Assembly (NCBI GenBank): GCA_046498225.1
Contig: JAWOBF010000061.1
Span: forward strand, 10,396 to 74,395
DNA from: Candidatus Aegiribacteria sp.
GTDB taxonomy: Bacteria > Fermentibacterota > Fermentibacteria > Fermentibacterales > JCC-6
Length of the DNA stretch: 64,000 bases
Reading direction: 5' to 3'
Shown here: positions 8,868-18,331 of the stretch, in pieces
Layout of the letters: each line of letters begins with the position of its first letter
Position numbering within the stretch: position 1 is the first letter of the stretch
Position numbers and translations under genes: made by a program
Notes under the pieces: generated by a model
Databases searched by the model: none
What the model saw: only the letters and a program-made list of their open reading frames with translations
What the model was told of the DNA's origin: nothing

Positions 8868-9399
8868 GCTCCTCCAGCTGTATGTCGCCTCCGGTGTAGA
8901 TGCATATTCCGGAGGCTATCCTGATGCTCTCGAACGCGATCCTGGCCGGTCCCATCCTGGTGTGCCCGTCCAGGGCCCGCGCAGCGGCGATGGCGTATGG
9001 ATGACCTGAACCTACAGCCACTATTCCATCTTCCGCCTCGACTATCTCGCCGGAGCCGCCTATGAGCAGGGCATGGTCGCGGTCCACCGCGGCCAGCAGT
9101 GCTTCCAGCTCCCTCAGGTACTTGTCGGCCCGCCATTCGCGGGCAAGGTCAACCGCCGCCCTGGGAAGGTTGCCCCTGGCTGTCTCCAGTTTCTCCTCCA
9201 GCCTCTCCACCAGGGCGAAGGCGTCGGCGCCGGTTCCGGAGAATCCCACCAGGACGGTGTCGGAATAGAGCCTTCTTATTTTCCTGGCGGTGCTCTTCAG
9301 GACGGTATCCCCCAGGGTGACCTGGCCGTCCGCCGCCATGGCGGCCTTTCCATCCCTGACTATGCCCACTACGGTGGTCGACCGCAGTTCTGCCGTCAT
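8860..9399 (-). CDS. hslV: HslUV protease peptidase subunit
   Basis: STTVVG, ADGQVTLG, GSGHPYA, ICIYT; ATG overlaps the upstream TGA. Confidence 0.95.
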   Translation of the reverse strand: MTAELRSTTVVGIVRDGKAAMAADGQVTLGDTVLKSTARKIRRLYSDTVLVGFSGTGADAFALVERLEEKLETARGNLPRAAVDLAREWRADKYLRELEALLAAVDRDHALLIGGSGEIVEAEDGIVAVGSGHPYAIAAARALDGHTRMGPARIAFESIRIASGICIYTGGDIQLEELG

Positions 9400-12300
9400 T
9401 GGTCGCCCTCCAGCAGGTTGACCCAGGAATAGTCGCCCATACCCCTGCCGGGGTCGGGTACACCCGCGGCGTAGGCCTCCGGGTCCTCCAGGACCCGAGC
9501 CAGTGCGGAGGCCGACATGACTTCGCTCCGGTAGAGAGCGGCGTACATCATGCCGGGCCTTCCGCCCTTCGCCGCCATCCAGGCCAGGGCCTCCGGCGAT
9601 ACCCTGTTGCTCTCCGTGCGGAACCATCTTGTCCACGATACGGTCTCCTCGACAGGATCGTTCAGTATCCTCAGGGCCAGGTTTTCCACCACGCTGGCCT
9701 CCTGCGGGTCTTCCATGCTTCGGGAAAGAACGATACCCGAAGCGGCGGCCGATATCAGATGGCTCCGGGAGGAGAGCCTCAACATCTCTTCCATGATCCT
9801 GCCCGCTGTGGCCTGTTCATTCAGGTCCAGCCCGGAGACCGAGGATGGCTCCATGGATTCGAAGAGTATGGAAAGGCCCGTGTCCCGAATATTGATCCTG
9901 TATCCCAGCGGAGAGCTGTTCAGTATGGCGGCAAGGGAGGAATCCGCCATGGCCGCCAGGCCGGCGTAGGCCGGGTCCGCGCCGGGGTCCATCTCCTCCA
10001 CTATCCTCCAGGCGCCTATGTAGTCGGAGAACAGGAGAGCGACCTCCACCCGCAGCCAGGCGAAGGCGGGGGAACCGTCGTCCAGGCTGTCGAAGAGCTG
10101 CCTGTACTCCAGCTCCTGCCGGTAGCCCAGGGTATTATCCGTGCCGGTCGCCAGGCTGGAGAGGTTCAGCGCCAGTCCCGCCAGTTCCTGGCTGTCCAGT
10201 CTCCTGGCGTTGTCCAGTGTCCGGTCGGCGATGGCCTGCAGTGTATCCGAGGCGGCAGCGGGACCGTGCATCCCGTCCACCAGTCTGGCGACTATCATGG
10301 CCCTGCGGGGAAGGACTTCGGCCCAGGCGTCGGGAAGGGTGGTGAAAAGCTCCTCCGACCTGTCGAGTACCATCTGGACGCTGTCCGGCCGGCCTCTGTC
10401 GATGTAGTGGTAGGCCAGTCTGTGATAGGCGGAAACGTAGTTCTTCAGCAGCTGCACCGCCTGGTCGCACTTGAATACGGATGGGTCCTCCACCCCGGTG
10501 AACCGGTAGTTTTCCATCAGCTCCCATCCCCTGGAGCCGTTGACGGCGTCCACCACCGGCCTGTCGGTCACTCGGAAAGCGATTCCCTCCATCATGTGGT
10601 AGGGTTCGAGGTACTGTCTGCTCTCCGTCGCCACGGTTCCGGCGAAGTATATCTCCCTGCCGTGGATCGGCCTGTTCTTTATCATGTTCAGGAGCACCAG
10701 GTCCTGCATGCTCAGCACTCCCTGGCTGGACAGACCTTCGATTGGAATGGCCACGGCCATGGAGCCGTGGGTTACGGCCCACGGCCAGGGCTGGTCGAAG
10801 GTGGTCCTGAGTATCTCGCCGTCCACCGGCGAATACTCGGGCATTCCGTACCTCTCCACGTGGAAGTGATGGGGGCCCCAGATATACACAGGCCGAAGCC
10901 GGTGTACAAGTCCGTGGTCGTCGAAATCCAGGAGCAGAGAATCCCTGTCCACCAGCTGCTGCACGTACCAGTTGGTGTTCATAAGGCTGAGGTTGCTGAC
11001 AATCACGTCCCTGCGGACCCCCAGCACACCCTGGGCGAACCACAGGGGGAAGGTGTCGTTGTCGCCGTTGGTTATCAGAACGGCGTTCTCCGGGACGCTC
11101 TCCAGCAGATTTATGCCGTAGTCGTGGGCGAAGTAGGAATTCGACCGGTCGCACCTGTGATGGTTCGCGGTGAACATCAGAAGAGGAATGGCAAGAGTGG
11201 CCCACGCCAGCCTGGACTTCTCGGACAGGAAGTCCCTGAAGACGGATACCAGGCCTATTCCGGAGAATATGGCGAACAGGGCGAAGGAGGCTCCGAAGAA
11301 GTAGTCCCTCTCCCTCACCTCCCCGGCCGGGGTTCCCTCCAGGCCTGTCTTGAAATTCAGTATGAAGAATATGAACAGTATGGATGACATCAGGAACAGA
11401 AAACCGAGGTATAGAAGCAGTTTCGGCCTCCTCATTCCCAGCACCACCAGTCCGTATATCGCCCCGAACAGGAGAATTATGCGCATCAGCATGGCCGCCG
11501 CCGGCCCGCCGGTGTCGCCCAGCAGCCGGTCCCATCCGCTGTCCACCCTTCCGGGCTGCCATGAGAGGTACTTCAGGTAGAGCCTGAGCTGGTGGTGGAA
11601 GGGCCCCTTCCGGTCCAGAATGGACGTCCTTCCGTACTGGTCCCTGGTGAACGCCTTCTCGAAGTTCTCCCATCTGCTTGAGTCGGTCTCGTTCACCTCC
11701 GGGTCCTGAACCGCCCGAATGGGCATGTACAGGTGAATGCTGAATGCCAGCACAACGAGGCCGAGTATGGTCAGTATGAACCAGGAGCGCTTCCAGATGT
11801 CGGTCTTCTTCCTGAAGGCGTAAATAATGTACATCAGGAGTATGGGGGGGCCGGTGACCAGCGGTACGCTGCCGTGGTTGGCAACCGCGAGTATTATCAG
11901 GTAGGAAATCAGAAGAAGGTACCTGGCCTCCCCCCAGCCGCCGTGGTCCTTCCACCCCTTCCTGTGCTTCCTCTCCGCGTACCTCTCTATCCAGCAGTCG
12001 AAGGACCACATTATTATGAAAGTCAGCAGGAGGGCTGTGGCGTAGGTCTCCGTGGCGTTGCTGTTGCGCCATATTGAGTAGCTGAAGGTCGCTGTCAGTC
12101 CCGACAGCACCGACATCGGCCTGTACCAGGCGGAAGTGAAGCCCATCCTCCTTCCCCACCGCTGCACGAGACGGACCAGGAGGCCGATGGTGGCGGCCCC
12201 GGCAAGGGCGCACATCAGGTTGACCCTGCTGGCCACTCCCGGCAGGAAGGAGAACACGATGGTGCTGAAGCGGCCGAGAAGAACGAACAGCGGGACGCCG

Positions 12301-12473
12301 GGCGGGTGCGGGACCCCCGCGGTCCAGGATGCGGTTATGTACTCACCGCTGTCCCAGAAGCTGACGCTGGGCGCCAGTGTCAGAACGTAAGTGAGGAGCG
12401 CTGCGAGGGCCACTGCGACCGCTATGGCCCTGTCGGTTCGAACACTTCTTGATTCAAGCTTCTTGTCAGTCAC
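9396..12473 (-). CDS. DUF2723 / TMEM260-like GT-C membrane protein with long C-terminal extension
   Basis: TLAPSVSFWDSGEY, HPPGVPLF, EVRERDYFF, NGDNDTFPLW, NLSLMNTNWY. Confidence 0.85.
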   Translation of the reverse strand: MTDKKLESRSVRTDRAIAVAVALAALLTYVLTLAPSVSFWDSGEYITASWTAGVPHPPGVPLFVLLGRFSTIVFSFLPGVASRVNLMCALAGAATIGLLVRLVQRWGRRMGFTSAWYRPMSVLSGLTATFSYSIWRNSNATETYATALLLTFIIMWSFDCWIERYAERKHRKGWKDHGGWGEARYLLLISYLIILAVANHGSVPLVTGPPILLMYIIYAFRKKTDIWKRSWFILTILGLVVLAFSIHLYMPIRAVQDPEVNETDSSRWENFEKAFTRDQYGRTSILDRKGPFHHQLRLYLKYLSWQPGRVDSGWDRLLGDTGGPAAAMLMRIILLFGAIYGLVVLGMRRPKLLLYLGFLFLMSSILFIFFILNFKTGLEGTPAGEVRERDYFFGASFALFAIFSGIGLVSVFRDFLSEKSRLAWATLAIPLLMFTANHHRCDRSNSYFAHDYGINLLESVPENAVLITNGDNDTFPLWFAQGVLGVRRDVIVSNLSLMNTNWYVQQLVDRDSLLLDFDDHGLVHRLRPVYIWGPHHFHVERYGMPEYSPVDGEILRTTFDQPWPWAVTHGSMAVAIPIEGLSSQGVLSMQDLVLLNMIKNRPIHGREIYFAGTVATESRQYLEPYHMMEGIAFRVTDRPVVDAVNGSRGWELMENYRFTGVEDPSVFKCDQAVQLLKNYVSAYHRLAYHYIDRGRPDSVQMVLDRSEELFTTLPDAWAEVLPRRAMIVARLVDGMHGPAAASDTLQAIADRTLDNARRLDSQELAGLALNLSSLATGTDNTLGYRQELEYRQLFDSLDDGSPAFAWLRVEVALLFSDYIGAWRIVEEMDPGADPAYAGLAAMADSSLAAILNSSPLGYRINIRDTGLSILFESMEPSSVSGLDLNEQATAGRIMEEMLRLSSRSHLISAAASGIVLSRSMEDPQEASVVENLALRILNDPVEETVSWTRWFRTESNRVSPEALAWMAAKGGRPGMMYAALYRSEVMSASALARVLEDPEAYAAGVPDPGRGMGDYSWVNLLEGDQ

Positions 12474-13372
12474 TCTTTCCCCCTGGGATGTGCTTTGTTG
12501 TAGGCCTCTCTAAGCCGTTCCATCGTGAGATGAGTATATATCTGTGTAGTGGAGAGACTGCTGTGGCCCAGCATGTCCTGTACCGCCCTGAGGTCGGCCC
12601 CGTTGTCAAGAAGATGGGTCGCGAAACTGTGCCGGAACGTATGCGGTGTGGCACCCGCGGCCCTGGCAGCCTTTCTCACTCCGCATGCAACAATACGCCG
12701 GATATCCCTGGGGTCAAGCTTGCGTCCTCTGACACTGACGAAAACAGTCCCGGGATCGGCTGCCCCCTCGGGGACCAGTTCCACCCTTCTCTCCATCCAT
12801 CTGTCCAGTGAACGGCAGGTTGGTTCCGGCAGGGGAACTATTCTCTCCCTGTTGCCCTTTCCGGTGACCGAAACCTGCCTTTCGGCCGTATCCAGCCCGG
12901 AAAGGGTCACCGAAACCGTTTCCGCCGCCCTCAGCCCGGCGCCGTAGAGTATCTCCACGATGGCCCGGTTCCGTATGCCCAGTACGGTGGAGAGATCGTA
13001 GCTTTCCATCACCTGTCTCACCTCCGCCACGCTCAGGAAACCCGGCAGACGCCTGGAACTCTTCGGCATCGCTACCAGCCTGGCGGGGTTGCGGCCGGCC
13101 CGCCGGGTCTCCAGCAGCCAGTTGCCGAAGGTCCGCAGGGTCGAGAGTTCGCGGGAGAGGGAGGCGGAATCCATGCCCCTTGAGGTCTCCCTTCTGAGGA
13201 AACCCCTTATCTCGTTGACGGTGAACCCTGAAAGGAGATCTTCCGAATGCTGGTATTCAAGAAACCTGCGCAGGTCGGCCCTGTACGCCCGAATGGTGTT
13301 CTCCGAGAATTTCCTTCCGTGCCTGAGGTCGCTGCAGAAATCCTCTATCAGTTCTCGATCTTCTTCTTGCAT
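12470..13372 (-). CDS. xerC: Tyrosine recombinase XerC
   Basis: GLRAAE, GKGNRER, HTFRHSFATHLL, LGHSSLSTTQIY; lies between topA and hslVU. Confidence 0.88.
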   Translation of the reverse strand: MQEEDRELIEDFCSDLRHGRKFSENTIRAYRADLRRFLEYQHSEDLLSGFTVNEIRGFLRRETSRGMDSASLSRELSTLRTFGNWLLETRRAGRNPARLVAMPKSSRRLPGFLSVAEVRQVMESYDLSTVLGIRNRAIVEILYGAGLRAAETVSVTLSGLDTAERQVSVTGKGNRERIVPLPEPTCRSLDRWMERRVELVPEGAADPGTVFVSVRGRKLDPRDIRRIVACGVRKAARAAGATPHTFRHSFATHLLDNGADLRAVQDMLGHSSLSTTQIYTHLTMERLREAYNKAHPRGKE

Positions 13373-15552
13373 CCGGGACACCAGATACCTTTCCTCTTCT
13401 CCTCCAGCACCGGAAAACCGCACCGCGGGCAGGTCCTGGCCACAGGTCTGTTCCATAGAGCGTACCTGCATGAGGGGTACCTGCTGCAGCCGTAGAATGT
13501 CCTTCCCTTTCTGGTCCTCTTTTCCACCAGCTCTCCTCCGCACCCCTCCTCCGGACAGGGAACACCGGTGGGGACCGACTCCGTATGCTTGCATCCGGGA
13601 TGGTTCTCGCAGCCGAGGTATCGGCCGTACCTGCCGGACTTGACCAGCAGCTTTCCTCCGCAGAGAGGGCAGGTCCTTCCGGATAACTCCGTCTCCCCCT
13701 CCTCCTCCAGCGGGGTCGAGTACCTGCATTTCGGAAATGCCGTACATGCTTTGAACTTTCCGTACTTTCCCCAGCGTATGACCATGGGAGCGCCGCATTC
13801 GGGGCACTGCTCCCCCGTTTCCTCGAAGAGCTGCTCCTTTAAGCTGTCAGTGCTCCTCATCGCATCCTTCAGCGATGATTCCAGAGGAACGCTGAGCTGC
13901 TCCAGGACACCCGAGTAGGTTTCATCCCCTCCGGCTATGGAATCCAGAAGGTCCTCCATCCTGGCGGTGAATCCAACCTCGAATATGTGGGGGAACATCT
14001 TCACCAGTATCCTCACGGTGGTGGTCCCCAGTTCGGTTGGTTTCAGGAACCTTCCCTCCTTTTCCACGTAATCTCTCTGCCTTATGGTCTTTATGGTGCT
14101 GACATAGGTGGAGGGCCTTCCTATGCCCGCCTTCTTCATCTCGGATACCAGCCTCGCCTCCGTGAACCTTGCGGGCGGGGCCGTGAACTTCTGCTCCTTC
14201 CGGAGGTCCACCAGGGACACTCCCCCCTTCCTGAGTTCGGGAAGGCTGTCCGATGTCCTGACGAAGGCCGGATCGACCCTGGAGAACCCGGGCTGGATGA
14301 GTTCCTCCCCGGAGGCGGTCATCTCGAGTTCCCCCGCGGTGACGGTAACTGCGGTGGTCCGGACCCTCGCGTCCCGAACCTGCGTCGCTACGAAACGATT
14401 CCATATCAGCCGGTAGAGGGACAGCTGGGCGGAAGACAGATGTGGTTTGAGGCTGTCCGGCGTCAGATCGACATTCACCGGCCTGATGGCCTCGTGGGCA
14501 TCCTGGGAGCCCTTGGAACTCCTGTACCTCCTTACCCCGGGAGCGAGCATTTCCTCCCCGTATTCCCTCTTCACGAACTCCCTGCAGCTGTTGAGGCTGT
14601 CCGGGCTCATCCGGACCGAATCCGTACGCATGTACGTTATCAGGCCCGTCCTCTCCCCTTTGCCGATGGAGATACCCTCGTAAAGCTGCTGGGCCAGGGA
14701 CATGGTCCTTCCCGGTGAATACGAGAGCCTGCTGGAAGCGGCCTGCTGAAGGGTGCTGGTGATGAAGGGAGGGGGCGGTTTCACCGATCTTTCCCTGGAC
14801 CTTATGGAGGAGATCTCCCATTTATCGGACAGTTCATTCATCCTGAGGGAAACGGCTTCGGCCTCCTTCTCGCTGCAGGGGGGTTTTCCCGGTTTGCAGC
14901 AGGGTTTTCCGTCCATCCGGGTCAGGGTCGCGGCGAACTCCCCCTTTCCCTGGCGCACAAGGGCTTCCATGACCCAGTATTCCACGGGGACGAAGGCTGT
15001 TATGTCGTCCTCCCGTTCCTGGATCATTCTCAGGGCCACCGACTGAACCCTTCCGGCGCTCTTTCCCTTTCCCATTATCCTCTGCAGCCAGGACGAGACC
15101 TTGTAGCCCACAAGCCTGTCCATAACCCTTCTTGCCTGCTGGGCGTCGACCAGCTGCATGTCTATCATGCTGGGTTTCTTAAGAGAACGGAGGACCGTCT
15201 CCCTGGTTATTGCGTTGAACCGGAGCCTCTTGAAAGTGACCCCCTTCCTCTCCAGTATCTGTGAGAGGTGCCAGCAGATAGCCTCTCCCTCCCTGTCGGG
15301 GTCCGCGGCGAGGTATATCCTGGAGAAGTTGCGTGACTTCTTCTTGAGGTCTTCCACAGTTTTGCGTTTCTCCGGCAGGATGGTATACGAAGGTTTGAAG
15401 CCGTTTTCCTCGTCCACGCCCATGTAGTTCCGCGGCAGGTCCCTGACGTGGCCGTTCGAGGCTGTTATCTCGTATTCGTCACCCAGGTAGCCCCTGAGGC
15501 TGCGGGCCTTGGCCGGTGACTCCAGTATTACCAGATACTCTTTCTTGCTCAT
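13348..15552 (-). CDS. topA: DNA topoisomerase I
   Basis: ESPAKA, DPDREGEAI, SAGRVQS, ITYMRTD, C-terminal Zn ribbons. Confidence 0.97.
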   Translation of the reverse strand: MSKKEYLVILESPAKARSLRGYLGDEYEITASNGHVRDLPRNYMGVDEENGFKPSYTILPEKRKTVEDLKKKSRNFSRIYLAADPDREGEAICWHLSQILERKGVTFKRLRFNAITRETVLRSLKKPSMIDMQLVDAQQARRVMDRLVGYKVSSWLQRIMGKGKSAGRVQSVALRMIQEREDDITAFVPVEYWVMEALVRQGKGEFAATLTRMDGKPCCKPGKPPCSEKEAEAVSLRMNELSDKWEISSIRSRERSVKPPPPFITSTLQQAASSRLSYSPGRTMSLAQQLYEGISIGKGERTGLITYMRTDSVRMSPDSLNSCREFVKREYGEEMLAPGVRRYRSSKGSQDAHEAIRPVNVDLTPDSLKPHLSSAQLSLYRLIWNRFVATQVRDARVRTTAVTVTAGELEMTASGEELIQPGFSRVDPAFVRTSDSLPELRKGGVSLVDLRKEQKFTAPPARFTEARLVSEMKKAGIGRPSTYVSTIKTIRQRDYVEKEGRFLKPTELGTTTVRILVKMFPHIFEVGFTARMEDLLDSIAGGDETYSGVLEQLSVPLESSLKDAMRSTDSLKEQLFEETGEQCPECGAPMVIRWGKYGKFKACTAFPKCRYSTPLEEEGETELSGRTCPLCGGKLLVKSGRYGRYLGCENHPGCKHTESVPTGVPCPEEGCGGELVEKRTRKGRTFYGCSRYPSCRYALWNRPVARTCPRCGFPVLEEKRKGIWCPGCKKKIEN

Positions 15553-15618
15553 TGCTCTCTCATGTCTGGTGATCGGTGGGAATTCGCCCGACCGGGACTC
15601 TCCCGGCGGGGAGTGTGA

Positions 15619-17187
15619 TCAGTCTGTATCCGTCATCCACTGGAAGACGCTGCCGGTAACCAGTTCCGACGTTTCGGGGATCACCGCCTGTCTCCTCTGG
15701 AGGTAGTAGGGGCTGGGGGATGTGGCCAGTACCCTGAAACTGTCGGAGATGAAGGAGAACATGTTAGGTGCGTAGTACTGGTTCTCGCGGTAGTAGAGAA
15801 CCATCTGGTCGACTATCGTGGAATCCAGCAGCAGGCCTATTCCGCCGATCAGGGCGGCCCTCTTCTCCGCCGGCTCGGGATGGAGTATGGACATCACCAG
15901 TATATCGTACCCGTCCTCCGTTCGAATGAGGGAAAATCTCTCCATCTCTATGGAATGGAATGCCGAGAGCTGTCCCAGCGGTTCTGCGAGGAACTGAAGG
16001 GATTCGGAAAGAACCTCCACTTCCCGGACCGGGGAATCCGTGAGGCCCCTGGGAACCTGGTAGTCATCCGTGGCCAGTGAATCCGGCAGCGTGAGGCTCC
16101 TCAGTGATATGAAAACGGGGGGAGGCAACGAATCCGCAACCAGAGAGTCGGAGGCGGTCTCCCCGGTCCCGGTCGTATCGGGGCCGGCTATCCCGCTCTC
16201 CTGTCCCTCACCGGCGGAAGACGTATCCGGGAGCGCCGCCGGCACTGCACCGGCATCCTGTTCTGACCCGCCGAAAATATCAAAGGGATCAAGGAGCAGG
16301 AAGACTGCCAGCAGGGCGACCAGGACTGTTATGGCAATCAGCGTCGGAGATAGACCGGGGAATCGTCCGGAGCTGCCGGACTTCCTTCTCGCCGGAGCTG
16401 AAGGCCGCTCCCTGGCGGGAATCTCCCGAGCCGTCTCCTCCGGTGGTTTTCTCTCGGGCACCGAATCAAGTGGACGGTCCACCGTTCTGCCCAGGGAGGC
16501 GCACTTTTCGCAGACGTGTTCCTTCCTGTCGTAGCATCCGGCGCAGGTGAGTTCTCCGCATGTTGTGCAGGGAACCAGTTTCTCCCCGGTAGTGGGTGTC
16601 CTTCCGCAGATGTGGCATCTCTGCACGGTAAGGACCTCCTCCGCGGCTGAAGTGACCACGAGGGGTTCGTCATCATCGGAAGCGGAAGCCCCCGAAACGA
16701 AATCGTCGTCCATGAGCGAACTCGGAGAATCAACTATGTCGCCCAGGCCGTCATTCCGGCCTTCCCCGTCCGGCAGGACGGTTCGCTCCTCCCTCCCCTC
16801 CGCCGGGTACTCGTCATCCGTTCCAGAATATATTCCCTGCTGCAGGGAATCCTCCTCCTCCTCCTCCTCCTCCGGCTCTTCCTCCTCAGGCGGCGCGGGC
16901 GGAGGCGTTGTGTCCGCCACCGGGGCTTTTTTCCCGGTTTCTTCCGCGGGTGTCTTGTAGTACTTGGGCAGAAGGTCGACGAAAGGGTACATCCTGTCCT
17001 GAAGTATTCTGCCCTGCTCCATCTCGACGTTCTCTCTGAGAATGACCGGGGAATTCTCCACCTTTTCGGTGGCCTCCTCCGTACTCATGCCAAGCTCGCT
17101 GACCAGCAGGTCGATGACCTTCTGCTTCTCGTCATCCCTGCTGAGCCTGACCAGGAGGAGGTCAACCATTCTGCCTTCTTCGTTCAA
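15619..17187 (-). CDS. Bitopic membrane protein: L7/L12-CTD-like N-domain, acidic linker, 8-Cys Zn finger, TM helix, periplasmic domain
   Basis: KQKVIDLLVSELGMSTEEATEKVENSPVILRENV; CHIC...CTTC...CAGC...CEKC; TM LIAITVLVALLAVFLLL. Confidence 0.75.
   Translation of the reverse strand: MNEEGRMVDLLLVRLSRDDEKQKVIDLLVSELGMSTEEATEKVENSPVILRENVEMEQGRILQDRMYPFVDLLPKYYKTPAEETGKKAPVADTTPPPAPPEEEEPEEEEEEEDSLQQGIYSGTDDEYPAEGREERTVLPDGEGRNDGLGDIVDSPSSLMDDDFVSGASASDDDEPLVVTSAAEEVLTVQRCHICGRTPTTGEKLVPCTTCGELTCAGCYDRKEHVCEKCASLGRTVDRPLDSVPERKPPEETAREIPARERPSAPARRKSGSSGRFPGLSPTLIAITVLVALLAVFLLLDPFDIFGGSEQDAGAVPAALPDTSSAGEGQESGIAGPDTTGTGETASDSLVADSLPPPVFISLRSLTLPDSLATDDYQVPRGLTDSPVREVEVLSESLQFLAEPLGQLSAFHSIEMERFSLIRTEDGYDILVMSILHPEPAEKRAALIGGIGLLLDSTIVDQMVLYYRENQYYAPNMFSFISDSFRVLATSPSPYYLQRRQAVIPETSELVTGSVFQWMTDTD
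16850..16873. repeat. (TCC)8 trinucleotide repeat encoding poly-Glu
   Basis: Eight perfect TCC units read directly from the sequence. Confidence 0.9.
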
Positions 17188-17188
17188 T

Positions 17189-17797
17189 TCAGCCTCGTTT
17201 CTCGTTCAGTGCAAGAGAAAACTGCCTGTGCAGACGTCTCATGACTATTCTGCTGGCTTTCCTGAGCGTCTCGAAGACTCCGGTGCCGTCAATCGCCACT
17301 GATTCGATGCACGGTACCCGCTCCAGCCCGAGCTTCTGTCTTATGGTATCCGTGGGCAGGATGTCGGGAAGGTCTCTCTTGTTTGCCTGAAGAACCAGGC
17401 TCAGGCCCTTGCGCTTCGTGTCCCTGAGGTTCTCCTTCAGGTCCCGCAGACTGGCGATGTTGGCTTCCATCCTGGCCCTCTGGGAATCGGCCACGAAGAT
17501 GATACCGTCAACACCCTGCAGTATCAGCTGCCTGCTGTCTGTGTACATGGCCTGTCCGGGTACGCTGTAGAGATGCAGCCTTACCTTGAAACCATATATG
17601 GTGCCTGTATTTATGGGCAGGAAATCGAAGAAAAGGGTTCGCTCGTTGCCGGTGGCCAGGGATATGAGCTTGCCCCTGTCACTGGACGGGATCTGACTGT
17701 GTATGAACTTGACATTGGTGGTCTTGCCCGAAAGTCCCGGACCGGCATAGACAAGCTTGCAATCAATCTCCCTGGAACTGTAGCTAACTGTGGCCAT
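17189..17797 (-). CDS. mglA: MglA-family small GTPase (copy 2)
   Basis: YSSREIDCKLVYAGPGLSGKTTN, ERTLFFDFLP, YSVPGQ, NKRD. Confidence 0.92.
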   Translation of the reverse strand: MATVSYSSREIDCKLVYAGPGLSGKTTNVKFIHSQIPSSDRGKLISLATGNERTLFFDFLPINTGTIYGFKVRLHLYSVPGQAMYTDSRQLILQGVDGIIFVADSQRARMEANIASLRDLKENLRDTKRKGLSLVLQANKRDLPDILPTDTIRQKLGLERVPCIESVAIDGTGVFETLRKASRIVMRRLHRQFSLALNEKRG

Positions 17798-17984
17798 TCG
17801 TATCTTCCCCGTTTCCAGAATCCTCGTCTTCGTTATTCGAGATTCCCTCTTTCATACCTTTTCTGAACATGTGCAGAGCCTGACCCACGGAACGGGCCAG
17901 GTCCGGGATCCTCTTGGCTCCAAAAAGAAGAAGAAGAGCTACGATTATTAATATTATCTCACCGGTGCCTGGTCGAAACATCAT
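17784..17984 (-). CDS. tatA: Twin-arginine translocase TatA/E subunit
   Basis: EIILIIVALLLLFGAKRIPDLARSVGQ...FRKG. Confidence 0.93.
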   Translation of the reverse strand: MMFRPGTGEIILIIVALLLLFGAKRIPDLARSVGQALHMFRKGMKEGISNNEDEDSGNGEDTNGHS

Positions 17985-18011
17985 TATTACTCCCGATCCG
18001 TTGGGGCCTGC

Positions 18012-18284
18012 TCAGAACCAGCGGTAAAGATAACCCACGAACATCAGCCCGGCAAAACTCATCAGGTTCAGCTTGAAAGCTATCTCCTCCAGGGCGAACC
18101 TGAACACTATGAGATCGAACCCGAATGGTCCGACCGAAAACTCCAGCGCTCCCCCGAAAAAGGACCGGAGGGCGGTGGACGATTCGGGAAGCACGGCCGC
18201 GATCGACTCACCGAAAACGGTACCGGTCATCATTCCGAAGAAGGATATCGCAATCCAGAAACCGTTCGAGCGATTATGAAGCAC
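18012..18284 (-). CDS. DUF4321-like small membrane protein
   Basis: 90 aa with two hydrophobic ends and FDLIVFRF...KLNLMSFAG; GGAGG SD. Confidence 0.7.
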   Translation of the reverse strand: MLHNRSNGFWIAISFFGMMTGTVFGESIAAVLPESSTALRSFFGGALEFSVGPFGFDLIVFRFALEEIAFKLNLMSFAGLMFVGYLYRWF

Positions 18285-18302
18285 AATACCTCCAGCATCC
18301 GT

Positions 18303-18331
18303 AATCTATTCCGGCGCACAGACTGAATCAA
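18303..18331 (-). promoter_or_regulatory. Candidate sigma70 promoter for the DUF4321-tatA-mglA operon
   Basis: TTGATT-17 nt-TAGATT. Confidence 0.55.

Noticed and set aside
9399..12213. Long alternative ORFs (9399-11387 +, 10135-12213 -) over the DUF2723 gene
   Set aside because: Shadow ORFs expected in high-GC coding DNA; no recognisable motifs.
12470..13372. Tyrosine recombinase as a phage or island integrase
   Set aside because: Its size and topA/hslVU context indicate housekeeping XerC; no att repeats or cargo are seen.
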